NCBI GenBank assembly: GCA_963713975.1
Contig: OY970218.1
Span: forward strand, 416,001 to 480,000
Length of the DNA: 64,000 nucleotides
Source: an uncultured Chloroflexia bacterium
GTDB taxonomy: Bacteria > Chloroflexota > Limnocylindria > Limnocylindrales > CSP1-4
Direction of reading: 5' to 3'
Positions 46,136 to 59,588 of this stretch are shown here, one piece after another (positions within the stretch are counted from its first letter, which is position 1; every line of letters starts with the position of its first letter). Made by a program: the position numbers and the translations under genes. The notes beneath the pieces were generated by a model. That model worked only from the letters and a program-made list of their open reading frames with translations, searched no databases and had not been told where the DNA came from.

Positions 46136-47377
46136 CTACCCCCATGGCGATGGCAGGTGGGTCAGCGGCTCGCGGTCCGGCAGGACGTCGGTCTGCAGCG
46201 ATGGGTCCGCCGCCGGCACGTAGCGCTCCGGGAGCCCGAGCTCCTTGAGGACGATGTTGCGCGCCTGCGCGATCGCGGTCGCCTTGTAGAACGCGACCGT
46301 CCGGTTGAAGCCCTGGCGGCCGAACCCGCAGTCGCTCGACAGGATCAGCTTGTCGGCCGGGATCGCCTCGAGCGCCCGCCGGATCCGCCCCGCGACGACG
46401 GGTGCCATGTCCGCCTGGAGCGTCCGGTGGCTGACCATGCCGACCGCGACCTTCTTCGCGAGATTGCCGGCGTACGGCTTGAACAGGTCGATCCCGGCCA
46501 GCTCGTTCTCGGTCGCCTCGACGGTCCAGACGTCGCCCTTGAGCCGGTTGAGGTAGATGTCGATCGAGTTCGCGTACGACTCGCCGCTGTAGACCTTCTG
46601 CATGTTCGGGTTGCCCCAGCAGGTGTGGATCCACAGCTCGACGTCGTCGAGGCCCTCGACCTCGTGGTTGAAGGCATCGACCATGAAGTCGAGCAGCTCG
46701 GTCTGTTCGGGGTGGAAGCAGGCCGTGAAGTGGATCGTCGGCTCCTCGATCTGGATCACCTTCGCGCCAGCCGCCGCGAGCTGCCGAAGCTCGAGGTTCA
46801 TCGCGGTTGCCATGTCCCAGATGAGCTGCTTCTTGTCGTCGAGGTCGTACTCGGCGGTGTGGCTGTCGAGGAAGATCGAGAGCACCTGCGACGAGCACGT
46901 CCCGAACTTGACCGGCTTGCCGGCCCGCGCCTGGGCGATCCGCCACAGCTTCGCGTACTCGAGCGGGTTCCTCGGGTTGGGTTCCACCTTGCCGACGACA
47001 CGCGGCCAGCGCCACGTCGTCTCGATCTCGTTCATCAGCGATCCGGGCGGAAAGGCGAGGAGCGAGTCGCGCGAGCGCTCGTACTGGAGCTCCTCGTGCT
47101 CGAGGCCCGTCCAGCGCTGGAGCGGGTAGTGGTGCCACGAACGACCCGCGAAGTCCTCGTCCAGGTGGTAGTCGCCGTTGGTGAGGATGTCGAGCCCGGC
47201 CCGCGTCTGGTCGGCGATCACGGTTGCGTGCGCATCGAGGAACTGCTCGCGAAAGCGAACGTCGAGGAGGGCCGTGTCGAGCGGGCGGCCCCACAGTCCT
47301 TGGTCGTACCAGCGCGGCCGCGGCCACGATCCGGTGACGGTCGCAGGGAGCATCAGGTCCTTGGTGGCCGTGAGCAT
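46136..47377 (-). CDS. Cobalamin-independent methionine synthase II / MetE C-terminal-only family Zn thiol-alkyl transferase
   Basis: TGSWPRP, AGLDILTNG, IQIEEP, HTCWGN (HxC) and SSDCGF; single barrel of 413 aa; AGGAGG SD. Confidence 0.88.
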   Translation of the reverse strand: MLTATKDLMLPATVTGSWPRPRWYDQGLWGRPLDTALLDVRFREQFLDAHATVIADQTRAGLDILTNGDYHLDEDFAGRSWHHYPLQRWTGLEHEELQYERSRDSLLAFPPGSLMNEIETTWRWPRVVGKVEPNPRNPLEYAKLWRIAQARAGKPVKFGTCSSQVLSIFLDSHTAEYDLDDKKQLIWDMATAMNLELRQLAAAGAKVIQIEEPTIHFTACFHPEQTELLDFMVDAFNHEVEGLDDVELWIHTCWGNPNMQKVYSGESYANSIDIYLNRLKGDVWTVEATENELAGIDLFKPYAGNLAKKVAVGMVSHRTLQADMAPVVAGRIRRALEAIPADKLILSSDCGFGRQGFNRTVAFYKATAIAQARNIVLKELGLPERYVPAADPSLQTDVLPDREPLTHLPSPWG

Positions 47378-47504
47378 CGCGGGGGCCTCCTCCTCGGGAT
47401 CCAGAGCGCGTGCAGTCGCCGCGATGGCTCGTCATGCTAGCTGTCGGGTGCAAGCGGGGCGACGCCGTATGTCGCCACGTGGCCGGCCGCGATGGCCGCC
47501 ATGA

Positions 47505-47696
47505 TCAGCGGTTGCCGCCCTTGCCGTTCTTGCGCGTCCGCTCGAAGCGCCGGAGCGTCTCGGGGTCGATGTCGGCCGGCCGATGCCCGTCGATGTCCGG
47601 CGGAGGTGCGTCGTCCGTGGGCGCGTCGGGAAGCAGGCTCCAGATGCCCCGGGTGGCTCGCCTGATGGTCCGCAGGGCAGGCGCGAAGACAGACAT
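47505..47696 (-). CDS. Small hypothetical protein (63 aa)
   Basis: GGGAGG SD 5 nt before the ATG; fills the gap between mfd and the metE-like gene on the same strand. Confidence 0.55.
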   Translation of the reverse strand: MSVFAPALRTIRRATRGIWSLLPDAPTDDAPPPDIDGHRPADIDPETLRRFERTRKNGKGGNR

Positions 47697-47823
47697 CGGG
47701 TCCTCCCGGGCCCATGCCGACGTTGATCGCCAGCCCGGGCCTCGCGCGACCCGTCAACCATGCGCTGCACCGGCCGCGGCGACCAGAGGCACATGGCCCG
47801 TGAGGCCCGTGGCGGGCGGAGGG

Positions 47824-51677
<3,854 letters not shown>

Positions 51678-51681
<4 letters not shown>

Positions 51682-52418
51682 CGCCCGCTCCGCCCGTCCT
51701 CATCAGGCTGCGGATCGCCCGTGCCGCCGGCGCCGCCCATGATCCGGCGCCAGCCCGTCTTCGTCCTGCGGACGCCCGAGTCGTCGGGAGGGCCGCCCAC
51801 CTCGCCCGGCTTCGGGGCCGCCGGATCTCCATCGCCCGGCGCCGCGGGCGCCTGCAGCTCGAAGCTGTTGAACCGGTTCGCGGCCTTCGACGTCCCCTCC
51901 CGCGCCCACGCCTCCACCGCGTCGGCGGCGGCATCGAGCAGGATCGGCAGGCGCGTCCGCTCGTCGGCGGCGAACTTGGACAGCACGTGGTCGACGGCGC
52001 CCCGTCCCGGCTCGCCGATCCCCACCCGCAGCCGGCTGTACTTCTCCGTCCCCAGCTCGTCGATAATCGAGCGCAGCCCGTTGTGGCCCCCGTGCGAGCC
52101 CGCCTCGCGGAACCGCAGCTTGCCGAACGGCAGGGCGAAGTCGTCGGCGACCACCAGCATGTCGATCAGAGGTACCCGCTCCCGGGCCAGGAGCTTGCGC
52201 ACCGCGATCCCGGAGTCGTTCATGAACGTCTGCGGCTTGGCCAGGACCAGCTCCAGGCCCTTTGTCCGTAGCTCGATCGTCGAGGACGCGTCGCGCTGGC
52301 GGCCGCGGCCGGCTCGCCCGTGCCGGTCCGCGAGCCGGTCCAGCACCATCCAGCCGATGTTGTGGCGCGTCTCCGCGTACTGGTTGCCCGGGTTCCCCAG
52401 GCCGACGACGAGCTTCAC
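51678..52418 (-). CDS. pth: Peptidyl-tRNA hydrolase (with C-terminal extension)
   Basis: GLGNPG..YAETRHNIG, KPQTFMN, GGHNGLRS, RLRVGIG. Confidence 0.96.
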
Positions 52419-52608
52419 CGAACACCTCGAACGGCCCCGGCAGGTTCTGCGCGGGGCTCGGAGCGATGGTACCCGGCGCGCAGGAGGGGGTGCGCGCGGC
52501 TGCGTGCCGTCACGGCTCGGGTCCCGCCACGCTGGGAGGTCCCGCGCGCTGCGAGCGCCCGATTCCCAATCCCCTGCATGTGCGCAGGCTCACGGAAAGC
52601 GACCGGCC

Positions 52609-52792
52609 CGGCTTCGCGGACGCCCGGCTCGTGGCGACCTTGCGCGGTCCGCCACGTCTGCGGGCTGGGACGCGCTGCTCGTCTGGGACCACCTCGCGTT
52701 CACCTGGGGGCCGCCGTAGGGCGATAGCGCGGGCCGCCGCGCTCCCCGGCGCTCGCTGGGCGGCCTGTTCGCGGTCCATGAACGACGCCTCG
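52609..52792 (+). repeat. 184-bp repeat, copy 2 (carries the same LLM-oxidoreductase fragment)
   Basis: Identical to the reverse complement of 5120..5303. Confidence 0.95.
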
Positions 52793-52943
52793 GGCGTTTG
52801 CGAGGGACGGTTGGGCCGCCAGGGAGCCGCGTGGCAAGGCGGCCGGGAGGTCGTGGGCGGGGCTTACGTGGGCGCCCGCGGAGTGACATGGACGCGTTCG
52901 TGGTCCTGCGCTGTTCCGGGCTGCTACAAGTCAACCCTCCGAC

Positions 52944-52996
52944 GATGCGGCTGTGGATCGGATCGCGGGTCGACGAGCGTGGCGACGTACGTCAAC
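52944..52996 (+). repeat. 53-nt dispersed repeat, copy B
   Basis: 46/53 identity with 19593..19645, same orientation. Confidence 0.8.
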
Positions 52997-53170
52997 CGTG
53001 ACCTCCGGCTCTCCGCCACGCTGCGGAGTCACGCATCTCATCCCCACCTGTGCGTAGGCTCGACTCGGCCAGGTTCACTGACCGGAGCCCTGCCGAGGGT
53101 GTTTATGCGTGCACGATCCGACCGAGTGTCACGCGCCCGTCTCGGCATCGGCGGATCGCCCCGCGCGCGG

Positions 53171-53716
53171 TCAGGGGCGCTCGAGCAGCTCCAGTTCGAG
53201 CGCCCGCATCGCCATCTCCTCCGTCGGCTCCGCGTGGTCCCAGCCGCACACGTGCAGCGTCCCGTGCGTGACCAGCAGCCGCAGCTCGTCGCGGGCGTCC
53301 CAATGGATGTCGCCGGTCTGGCCGCCGCGGCCGGCCGCCGCCTGGTCGATCGCTCGCTCCACGGACACCACGATGTCGCCCAGGTGCGGGCGCGCGCCCG
53401 GCGGCAACGGGAATGGCTCCTCGGCGTCGTCATCGGCAGCCTCGACCTTCCCGCGGTGCGACGGATAGGCATCCGGTGGCAACAGCGGGAACGAGAGGAC
53501 GTCCGTGGGGCCGGTCTTGCCCATGTGGATCGTGTTGAGCTCAGCCAGCTCCGCGTCGCCCGAAAGGATCAACCCCAGCGATGCGGGTCGGGGCGCACCC
53601 GCGGCGTCCAGGGTCGCGGCCGCTACCCTCCCGAGGACCGTGCCCGGAACCAGGCGCGTGACGCCGTCACGCCACTCGACGTCGATCCTCCACGGGCCCA
53701 GGTAGTGGCTGCGCAC
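53171..53716 (-). CDS. ybeY: rRNA maturation RNase YbeY
   Basis: LN..HMGKTGPTDVLSFP, LGDIVVS and HGTLHVCGWDH (H3xH5xH). Start approximate. Confidence 0.92.
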   Translation of the reverse strand: MRSHYLGPWRIDVEWRDGVTRLVPGTVLGRVAAATLDAAGAPRPASLGLILSGDAELAELNTIHMGKTGPTDVLSFPLLPPDAYPSHRGKVEAADDDAEEPFPLPPGARPHLGDIVVSVERAIDQAAAGRGGQTGDIHWDARDELRLLVTHGTLHVCGWDHAEPTEEMAMRALELELLERP

Positions 53717-53727
53717 GGGCGGCGAGC

Positions 53728-55878
53728 CTACCTCTCGTCGCCCGAGGCGCGCCGCGACTCCAGCTCGACCACCTTGTTCTGCGGGTACGCAACGCGCTGG
53801 TGGTACATGCCGAGCAGCTGCTTCACGAACACCTCGCGGATCGTCTCGATATCGCGCAGCGTGAGGTCGCACTCGTCGAACTGGTCGTCGGTGATCCGTT
53901 CCTCGATGATCCGCGCCACCATGGCCCGGATCGCGCTCTCGTCACGCGCTGAGAGGGACCGCACGGACGCCTCCACGGAGTCGGCCATCATGATGATCGC
54001 CGCCTCGCGGGACTGGGGCTTGGGACCGCCGTGCCGGAACTTGCGGATGTCCACCGCGTCCGCCGCCTTGCGACCCTCGGCCGTCTCGAGGCCCCCGAAC
54101 GGCGCCGCCGCCTGCTCCTTCGCCCGGGCGTAGAAGTAGGACATCACGCCCGTGCCGTGGTGCTGCGGGATGAAGGCGATCAGCGCCTTGGGAAGCCCGC
54201 TCTTGTAGGCGATGTCGATCCCGGCGCTCACGTGGCTCTTGAGCAGCTGGGCCGAAATCTCGGGGTCGAGATCGTCGTGGATGTTATCGCCGCCGGCCTG
54301 GTTCTCGATGAACGCGGCCGGGTTGGAGAGCTTGCCGATGTCGTGGTAGTACGAGGCCACGCGCGTGAGGAGCGCGTCAGCACCGACGGATTCCGCGGCC
54401 CGCTCGGCGAGATTGCCCACCATGAGCGAGTGGTGGTACGTGCCCGGCGTCTCCACCAGGAGCCTGCGCAGGAGCGGCTGGGACGGGTTCGCCAGCTCCA
54501 GCAGCTGGAACACGGTCACGATCCCGAACACAGACCCGATGACGGCGAAGCTGCCGACGGCGACAACCGATGCCCCGGCAGCCGATACCGCCGCGGCACC
54601 CAGCAGCTGCACGATCCCGGTGATGTCCTGGTCCCCCAGTAGCGCGAACGTCGCCACCACCAGCGCCTGCACGACGAACACGCCGATGCCAGCCTGGACG
54701 AACACGACCAGGCGGTCACCCCTCCGCACCCCCACGATGCCGGCGATCCCGCCCAGCATCACGTACGCGGCGAGCTCCAGGCCCGTGCCGTTGACGGCCG
54801 CGGCGAGGATCGCGATCAGGGCGGTCATCACCATCGCCACGCCGCCGTCGAGCAGGACCGTGACCAGCATGCCCACGGCGGCGAGCGGCAGCGCATACGG
54901 CAGCCAGGCTCGCTCCGCGGTCAGCTTCAGGACGAGCACCGCCAGCAGGAGCATGAGGCTCAGGAGCAGCAGGACGTTGTTGCGATGCCAGAACTCGCGA
55001 CGGAACCGCCAGGTCCACGTGAGCATCAGCCCGATCACCAGCATCGAGAGCACCACGAACCCGATCAGTCGCGCGACATCGAGGCCGCCCTCGTTCAGGC
55101 CGAAGTAGTCGATCGCCTCGACGGCCACGGGGTCCACGCGATCCCCGACCCGGACGATGGTCTCGCCGCGCTCCCACTCCTTGGTGACGTCCACCACGCC
55201 CTCGGCCGCGCGAGTGCGGGCCTGCGCGGTCAGCTCGGCGGAGAACGAGGAGTTGGGGACGATGAGTGGCTGGATCAGGGCCGCCGCCAGCGAGGCCTCC
55301 CCGGCGGTCAGGTTGCCGGCGATACGGCTCTCGATCGCATCGCGGACGGGAGCCACCTCCGTGTCCCGCAGCTCGGATCGCTCCACGGTGTCCAGGACGC
55401 GTGCCGCCTCGGAGCGGACCGCGGCCCATCGCTCGGCGTCCAGGGCAAGCAGGATCTCCCGATCGCTCTCCCCGAGCTCCCCGGCCATGGCGCCGGCGAG
55501 GATCGCGGCGCGGTCCTCCGGGGTCACGCCGTCAACGAACGCCGCGTCGGTGGCCGCGACCGTCCGGTCCAGCAGGCCGAGCTGCTGCGCCGCGACGGAC
55601 GCGCCGGCCGCGATGGTGAAGTCGTACTGCGGCTCAACGGCATCGCGGGCCACCTGGCGTTCGCGCTCGGTCAGGAACTCGCTGACGTACTGCGATGCCC
55701 GTGGCGCCTGGAGGCTGGCAGTGGCAGGCTTGCCCAGCTCGAGCTGCGTCTGCGCCGGAAGGATGTCGACGCCGAGGATCACCGACATGGCCGCGACCAG
55801 CAGGATGGTCGCGGCGATCAGCCGACCCGCGTCACGGCGGGTGAACTCGTTCGGGTGTTCGCCGGATCGAGCAAGCAT
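53728..55878 (-). CDS. 7TM-HD phosphohydrolase (PgpH-like cyclic-di-AMP phosphodiesterase)
   Basis: Extracytoplasmic domain plus 7 TM; PGTYHHSLMV, YYHDIGK, QHHGT, MADSVEA. Firmicutes-like gene order with ybeY. Confidence 0.9.
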   Translation of the reverse strand: MLARSGEHPNEFTRRDAGRLIAATILLVAAMSVILGVDILPAQTQLELGKPATASLQAPRASQYVSEFLTERERQVARDAVEPQYDFTIAAGASVAAQQLGLLDRTVAATDAAFVDGVTPEDRAAILAGAMAGELGESDREILLALDAERWAAVRSEAARVLDTVERSELRDTEVAPVRDAIESRIAGNLTAGEASLAAALIQPLIVPNSSFSAELTAQARTRAAEGVVDVTKEWERGETIVRVGDRVDPVAVEAIDYFGLNEGGLDVARLIGFVVLSMLVIGLMLTWTWRFRREFWHRNNVLLLLSLMLLLAVLVLKLTAERAWLPYALPLAAVGMLVTVLLDGGVAMVMTALIAILAAAVNGTGLELAAYVMLGGIAGIVGVRRGDRLVVFVQAGIGVFVVQALVVATFALLGDQDITGIVQLLGAAAVSAAGASVVAVGSFAVIGSVFGIVTVFQLLELANPSQPLLRRLLVETPGTYHHSLMVGNLAERAAESVGADALLTRVASYYHDIGKLSNPAAFIENQAGGDNIHDDLDPEISAQLLKSHVSAGIDIAYKSGLPKALIAFIPQHHGTGVMSYFYARAKEQAAAPFGGLETAEGRKAADAVDIRKFRHGGPKPQSREAAIIMMADSVEASVRSLSARDESAIRAMVARIIEERITDDQFDECDLTLRDIETIREVFVKQLLGMYHQRVAYPQNKVVELESRRASGDER

Positions 55879-55901
55879 GGCGTGGCCCTCCGTGGTGGAG
55901 G

Positions 55902-56378
55902 TCAGTGCTCCGTGTCGTGGGCGGCCAGGTCCGCGCCGGCAAGGGCCTGGGCGACCATGCCGGAGGCGACCTTGCCGTCCGCACGACCGCGGATCCGGGG
56001 CGACAGCCAGCCCATCACCTTGCCCATGTCCCGGGCAGAGCTGGCGCCGGTGGTGGCGACGCCCTCGTTGACGAGCGTGCGCAGCTCATCGTCGGTCAGG
56101 GGCTGCGGGAGATAGTCGGCGAGGATGGCGATCTCTGCCTCCTCCTTCGCGGCGAGGTCCTCGCGACCACCCTTGCGGAAGGCCTCGATGCTCTCGCGGC
56201 GGGTCTTGACCTCCCTCGTGACGACACCGAGGATCTCGTCCTCGGTGAGGGTGACCTTCTTCGCCTTCTCGATGTTGTAGATGGCGTTCTGGACCATCCG
56301 CAGCACATCGCGGCGCAGCGAATCACCCGACCGCATGGCGGCGGTCGTATCAGCCTGGAGTCGATCGCGAAGGGTCAC
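55902..56378 (-). CDS. yqeY: GatB/YqeY domain protein
   Basis: AAMRSGD, KTRRESIEAF..GGREDL, YLPQPL, DMGKVMG, GRADG. Confidence 0.93.
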   Translation of the reverse strand: MTLRDRLQADTTAAMRSGDSLRRDVLRMVQNAIYNIEKAKKVTLTEDEILGVVTREVKTRRESIEAFRKGGREDLAAKEEAEIAILADYLPQPLTDDELRTLVNEGVATTGASSARDMGKVMGWLSPRIRGRADGKVASGMVAQALAGADLAAHDTEH

Positions 56379-56553
56379 CGGATGGCTCCTCGGGCGTCAC
56401 GGCTGCGTCGGTGTGCCCCGACGGGATGCCGTGCCCGCGAGCTGCGCCGATGGTGGGATCCGGGACGGGTTCCCGGGTCGACGCCGCAGGTTGGCCGTGG
56501 GGACCGCGGCTCGGGTTCGCCATGACGGCGACCGGCCGCGGGACCCGGGCGGC

Positions 56554-56739
56554 TCAGCCCTGGCTCGCGCGCGCGTTCTTCTTGCGCTTCGCTTCCTTGC
56601 GCTTCCGCTTCACCGACGGCTTCTCGTAGTGCTCGCGACGGCGAGCCTCGGCGAGAATCCCGCTCTGCTGGATCTTCTTGTTGAAGCGACGGAGGGCGCT
56701 CTCGAACGTCTCGTTCTCACCCACTCGGACTTCGGCCAA
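56554..56739 (-). CDS. rpsU: 30S ribosomal protein S21
   Basis: [15 protein letters not shown]...[19 protein letters not shown] start lies 8 nt after AGGAGGTG. Confidence 0.96.
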   Translation of the reverse strand: MAEVRVGENETFESALRRFNKKIQQSGILAEARRREHYEKPSVKRKRKEAKRKKNARASQG

Positions 56740-56861
56740 ACCCGGTTCACCTCCTCGGGCAGGAGTCTCGTACCCGCCCTCCGCACGCGATGCCCGACGG
56801 CGCGGTGGGCGTCCCGACCAGCAGACGTGCACGCACGCCAACCCGGCCGGCAGGCCGCCGG

Positions 56862-56890
56862 AGTGTACGCGCGCTCCCGGAAGGGGTCAA
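56862..56890 (-). promoter_or_regulatory. Sigma70-type promoter of the rpsU operon
   Basis: Minus strand TTGACC-17 nt-TACACT. Confidence 0.78.
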
Positions 56891-57133
56891 ACGCGGCGGA
56901 CCAGCCGTGTCAGCGCTGGCTCACCGGCTACTCAACGCGGTGGCACCTGGGCGATACGTGCGGCTCGTTTGCGAGCCCGCCACCGGCCCCGAGATGACGA
57001 TCGCGTCTGCCGCGCAGCCGCGCGATCTGGCAGACTCGATGGCGTCCCGAGTCCGAGGCCGCGCGATGCTGCGGCTCCAACCACCTCACAGCGTCCCGCA
57101 CCAGACGGTGCATTCGACACTGGGAGTGTGCGC

Positions 57134-57400
57134 GTGACCTTCGAGGAGATGCAACGCCGGCAGCTGCGCCTGAGCCTCGGCCTTGCCACCGTGTTCCTGC
57201 TGAGCGTGTTTACCATCCCGATCCTCAACCACGTCGTTCCGGACGTGATGCTCACGCCGGTCCTCGGCATCCCCTTCGTCTGGCTCTACGTGGGCGTCGT
57301 GCTGCACCTGGAGTTCTGGGCCATCGCGATCAGCTACACGGTGCTCTCCAACCGCTGGGAGAAGGCCGTCGCGGCCACGGAGGTCGAGACCGGTGAGTAG
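57134..57400 (+). CDS. DUF485-type small membrane subunit of the solute symporter
   Basis: Two TM segments, MQRRQLRLSL; GGGAG SD; overlaps the actP-like gene. Confidence 0.8.
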   Translation: MTFEEMQRRQLRLSLGLATVFLLSVFTIPILNHVVPDVMLTPVLGIPFVWLYVGVVLHLEFWAIAISYTVLSNRWEKAVAATEVETGE

Positions 57401-58955
57401 CCAGCTCCCGTTCCTCGCCGCGATGGCGGTGCTCATCGCAACGGTGGCCATCGGCCTGTACGCGTCCCGTGGCGCCACGACGCTGAGCGGCTACTGGGTC
57501 GCCGGTCGGGCGGTAGGCGTGTTCACCAACGCCTCGGCGATCTCCAGCAACTACCTCAGTGCCGCCTCGTTCCTTGGTGTCGCCGCCTTCATCTGGGCGT
57601 CCGGCTTCGACGGGGTCTGGTATGCGACCGGCTTCGCTGCGGGCTACGTCCTGCTGCTGCTGTTCATCGCGAGCCCGCTCCGCCGGTTCGGCCAGTACAC
57701 GATCCCGGACTTCTGCGCGGGGCGCTTCGGCTCAGTGCGTCTGCGCCGCGTCGGGATCCTGTGGACGGTGGTGATCTCCTCGCTCTACATCGTGGCCCAG
57801 ATGGTCGGGGTCGGCACCCTGATGGAGAACGTCGCCGGCATCCCGTGGGCGTGGGGCGTAGTGCTGCTGGGCGGGGTGATCATCGTGTACGTCGCCGTCG
57901 GTGGCATGACCGGGGTGACGATCACCCAGATGCTCCAGTTCTGGATCATGCTGGTGGCGATCCTCGTGCCGCTGGTCGTGCTGATGTCCCAGCACAGCTA
58001 CCCGGACCTGCTCGCCTTCGCCCTCGGGGACACGAGCGGGACCACGATCACGGGCCAGCCGGCGTTCTCGACCGCGGAGCAGGCCGCCATCCCGACCCTC
58101 GCCCAGTGGCTGCAGCCATTCAACCGCTACGACCTCCTCGGCAGCATCTCGCTCCTGGTGGCCCTCGTGTGCGGGACAGCCGGGCTGCCTCACATCCTCG
58201 CTCGCTTCTACACCAACCCCAACGCGGCGAAGGCCCGCTGGTCCACCGTCTGGGTGCTGATCTTCATCGGGATCTTCTACATGGTCACACCGGTGTGGGG
58301 CGCCTACGCTCGGCTGGTGCTCGGCCCCACGGCGGTGCTGGCGGAGGCCGGCGTGCCGGACCCCAACTCGATGATGCTGGTCACGAGTGGTGAGGCCGGC
58401 GAGTGGGCCACGGCGCTCGTGGCGGCCGGCGCGATCGCGGCGCTCCTGTCGACGGTGGCGGGCCTGCTCATCGCGCTCAGCTCGGCGTTCGCCCACGACT
58501 TCTACGGGTCGATCCTGCGGCCCGAGGCAACCGATCGCCAGAAGATCATCGCGGCCAAGGTCGCGGTCGTCGTGTTCGGAGTCCTCGCCATCATGGTGGG
58601 AATCGGGCTGCGGGGCGTGAACATCGCCTGGATGGTGGGCCTCGCGTTCGCGGTCGCGGCCAGCACCTTCTTCCCGCTGCTCACGGCCGGGATCTGGTGG
58701 CGCAAGATGACCGAGCGGGGGGCCCTGGCCGGACTCATGGTGGGCGGTACGATCGCCGCGCTGGTGGTCGTCGGCAAGCTGGCAGGCCTGTGGACGTTTG
58801 ACCAGCCTGCCCTCTTTAGCGTTCCGGCGGCCTTCATCGCGATCGTGGTGGTCTCAAAGGCGACCTACGGAGGGCAGCCAACGGAGGTCCGTGAGGCGCT
58901 CCATGCGGCGTTCACGGCGCTCCACACGCCGGAACGCAAGGTCACGACCGAGTAG
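57393..58955 (+). CDS. actP: Cation/acetate symporter (SSS family, ActP-like)
   Basis: YWVAGR, YLSAASFLG, GQYTIPDF, GTAGLPHILARFYT, AFAVAASTFFP. Confidence 0.88.
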   Translation: MSSQLPFLAAMAVLIATVAIGLYASRGATTLSGYWVAGRAVGVFTNASAISSNYLSAASFLGVAAFIWASGFDGVWYATGFAAGYVLLLLFIASPLRRFGQYTIPDFCAGRFGSVRLRRVGILWTVVISSLYIVAQMVGVGTLMENVAGIPWAWGVVLLGGVIIVYVAVGGMTGVTITQMLQFWIMLVAILVPLVVLMSQHSYPDLLAFALGDTSGTTITGQPAFSTAEQAAIPTLAQWLQPFNRYDLLGSISLLVALVCGTAGLPHILARFYTNPNAAKARWSTVWVLIFIGIFYMVTPVWGAYARLVLGPTAVLAEAGVPDPNSMMLVTSGEAGEWATALVAAGAIAALLSTVAGLLIALSSAFAHDFYGSILRPEATDRQKIIAAKVAVVVFGVLAIMVGIGLRGVNIAWMVGLAFAVAASTFFPLLTAGIWWRKMTERGALAGLMVGGTIAALVVVGKLAGLWTFDQPALFSVPAAFIAIVVVSKATYGGQPTEVREALHAAFTALHTPERKVTTE

Positions 58956-58976
58956 CGCCAGCGGGCCACCCGCGCG

Positions 58977-59513
58977 TCACGCTGCCAGCTGGCTCCGGAC
59001 CTTGAGCCGGGCCCTGCAGATCATGGTCCGCGTTGCCGTGTCCGAGCGACCGACCGCCGCCGCGATCTCCGCACCCGGATAGCCGCTCGCGGCCAACAGC
59101 AGGGCGGCGCGCGCGCGGTCGGGGAGGATGGCGAGTGCGGCTGCCAGCTCGGATCGGGCCTCCAGGTCGAGGACGAGATCCTCGGGCGTGTCGGGCTCGT
59201 CGCGGCGGACCAGCGCATCCGTGTGGCGCCGGCTGACCGTGGTCCGGCGCCCGAGGGAGACCGCGAGGTTCGCGACGACCCGGTGCAGCCATGCCCGGAC
59301 GTTGCGTGGCGGCCCGTTCGCGTCCGTCTCGAGCATCAGCCTCAGGAGGGCCTCCTGGACCAGGTCCTCGGCGGTCTCCGGGTCCCGGCAGGCACGGATG
59401 GCCGCGCGGACGAGCTCGTCGCGGTGCTGCTCATGCGCGGCTACCACGGTGTCGAGGGTAAGGCTGCTGGACGATGCGGCAAAGGTGGTGGTCGACATGA
59501 CCGTCGCGCTCAT
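58977..59513 (-). CDS. ECF-type RNA polymerase sigma factor
   Basis: Region 2: DPETAEDLVQEALLRL, RAWLHRVVAN. Region 4: LPDRARAALLL...AEIAAAVGRS...ICRAR. Start at 59513 or 59498. Confidence 0.9.
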   Translation of the reverse strand: MSATVMSTTTFAASSSSLTLDTVVAAHEQHRDELVRAAIRACRDPETAEDLVQEALLRLMLETDANGPPRNVRAWLHRVVANLAVSLGRRTTVSRRHTDALVRRDEPDTPEDLVLDLEARSELAAALAILPDRARAALLLAASGYPGAEIAAAVGRSDTATRTMICRARLKVRSQLAA

Positions 59514-59549
59514 GCGGGGTGTTGATGGCGACACCTTGCCCCGCGTCCG

Positions 59550-59588
59550 CTGCGGAACCACCGCGGGAGGACTGCGGCAATCCTGCGG
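59550..59588 (-). promoter_or_regulatory. Four hexamer direct repeats at exact 11-bp period (SARP/OmpR-type binding array) upstream of the ECF gene
   Basis: Plus strand CTGCGG at 59550, CCGCGG at 59561, CTGCGG at 59572 and CTGCGG at 59583 (CCGCAG on the coding strand). Confidence 0.7.

Noticed and set aside
47418-47496. Direct 11-mer GCCGCGATGGC occurring twice upstream of the metE-like gene
   Set aside because: It is short and GC-rich, so plausible by chance at this base composition, and it has no dyad or helical periodicity.
52944-53050. attC/integron cassette or CRISPR interpretation of the 53-nt repeat and adjacent hairpin
   Set aside because: There is no RYYYAAC...GTTRRRY pair, no integrase, no regularly spaced repeat-spacer array and no cas genes anywhere in the window.
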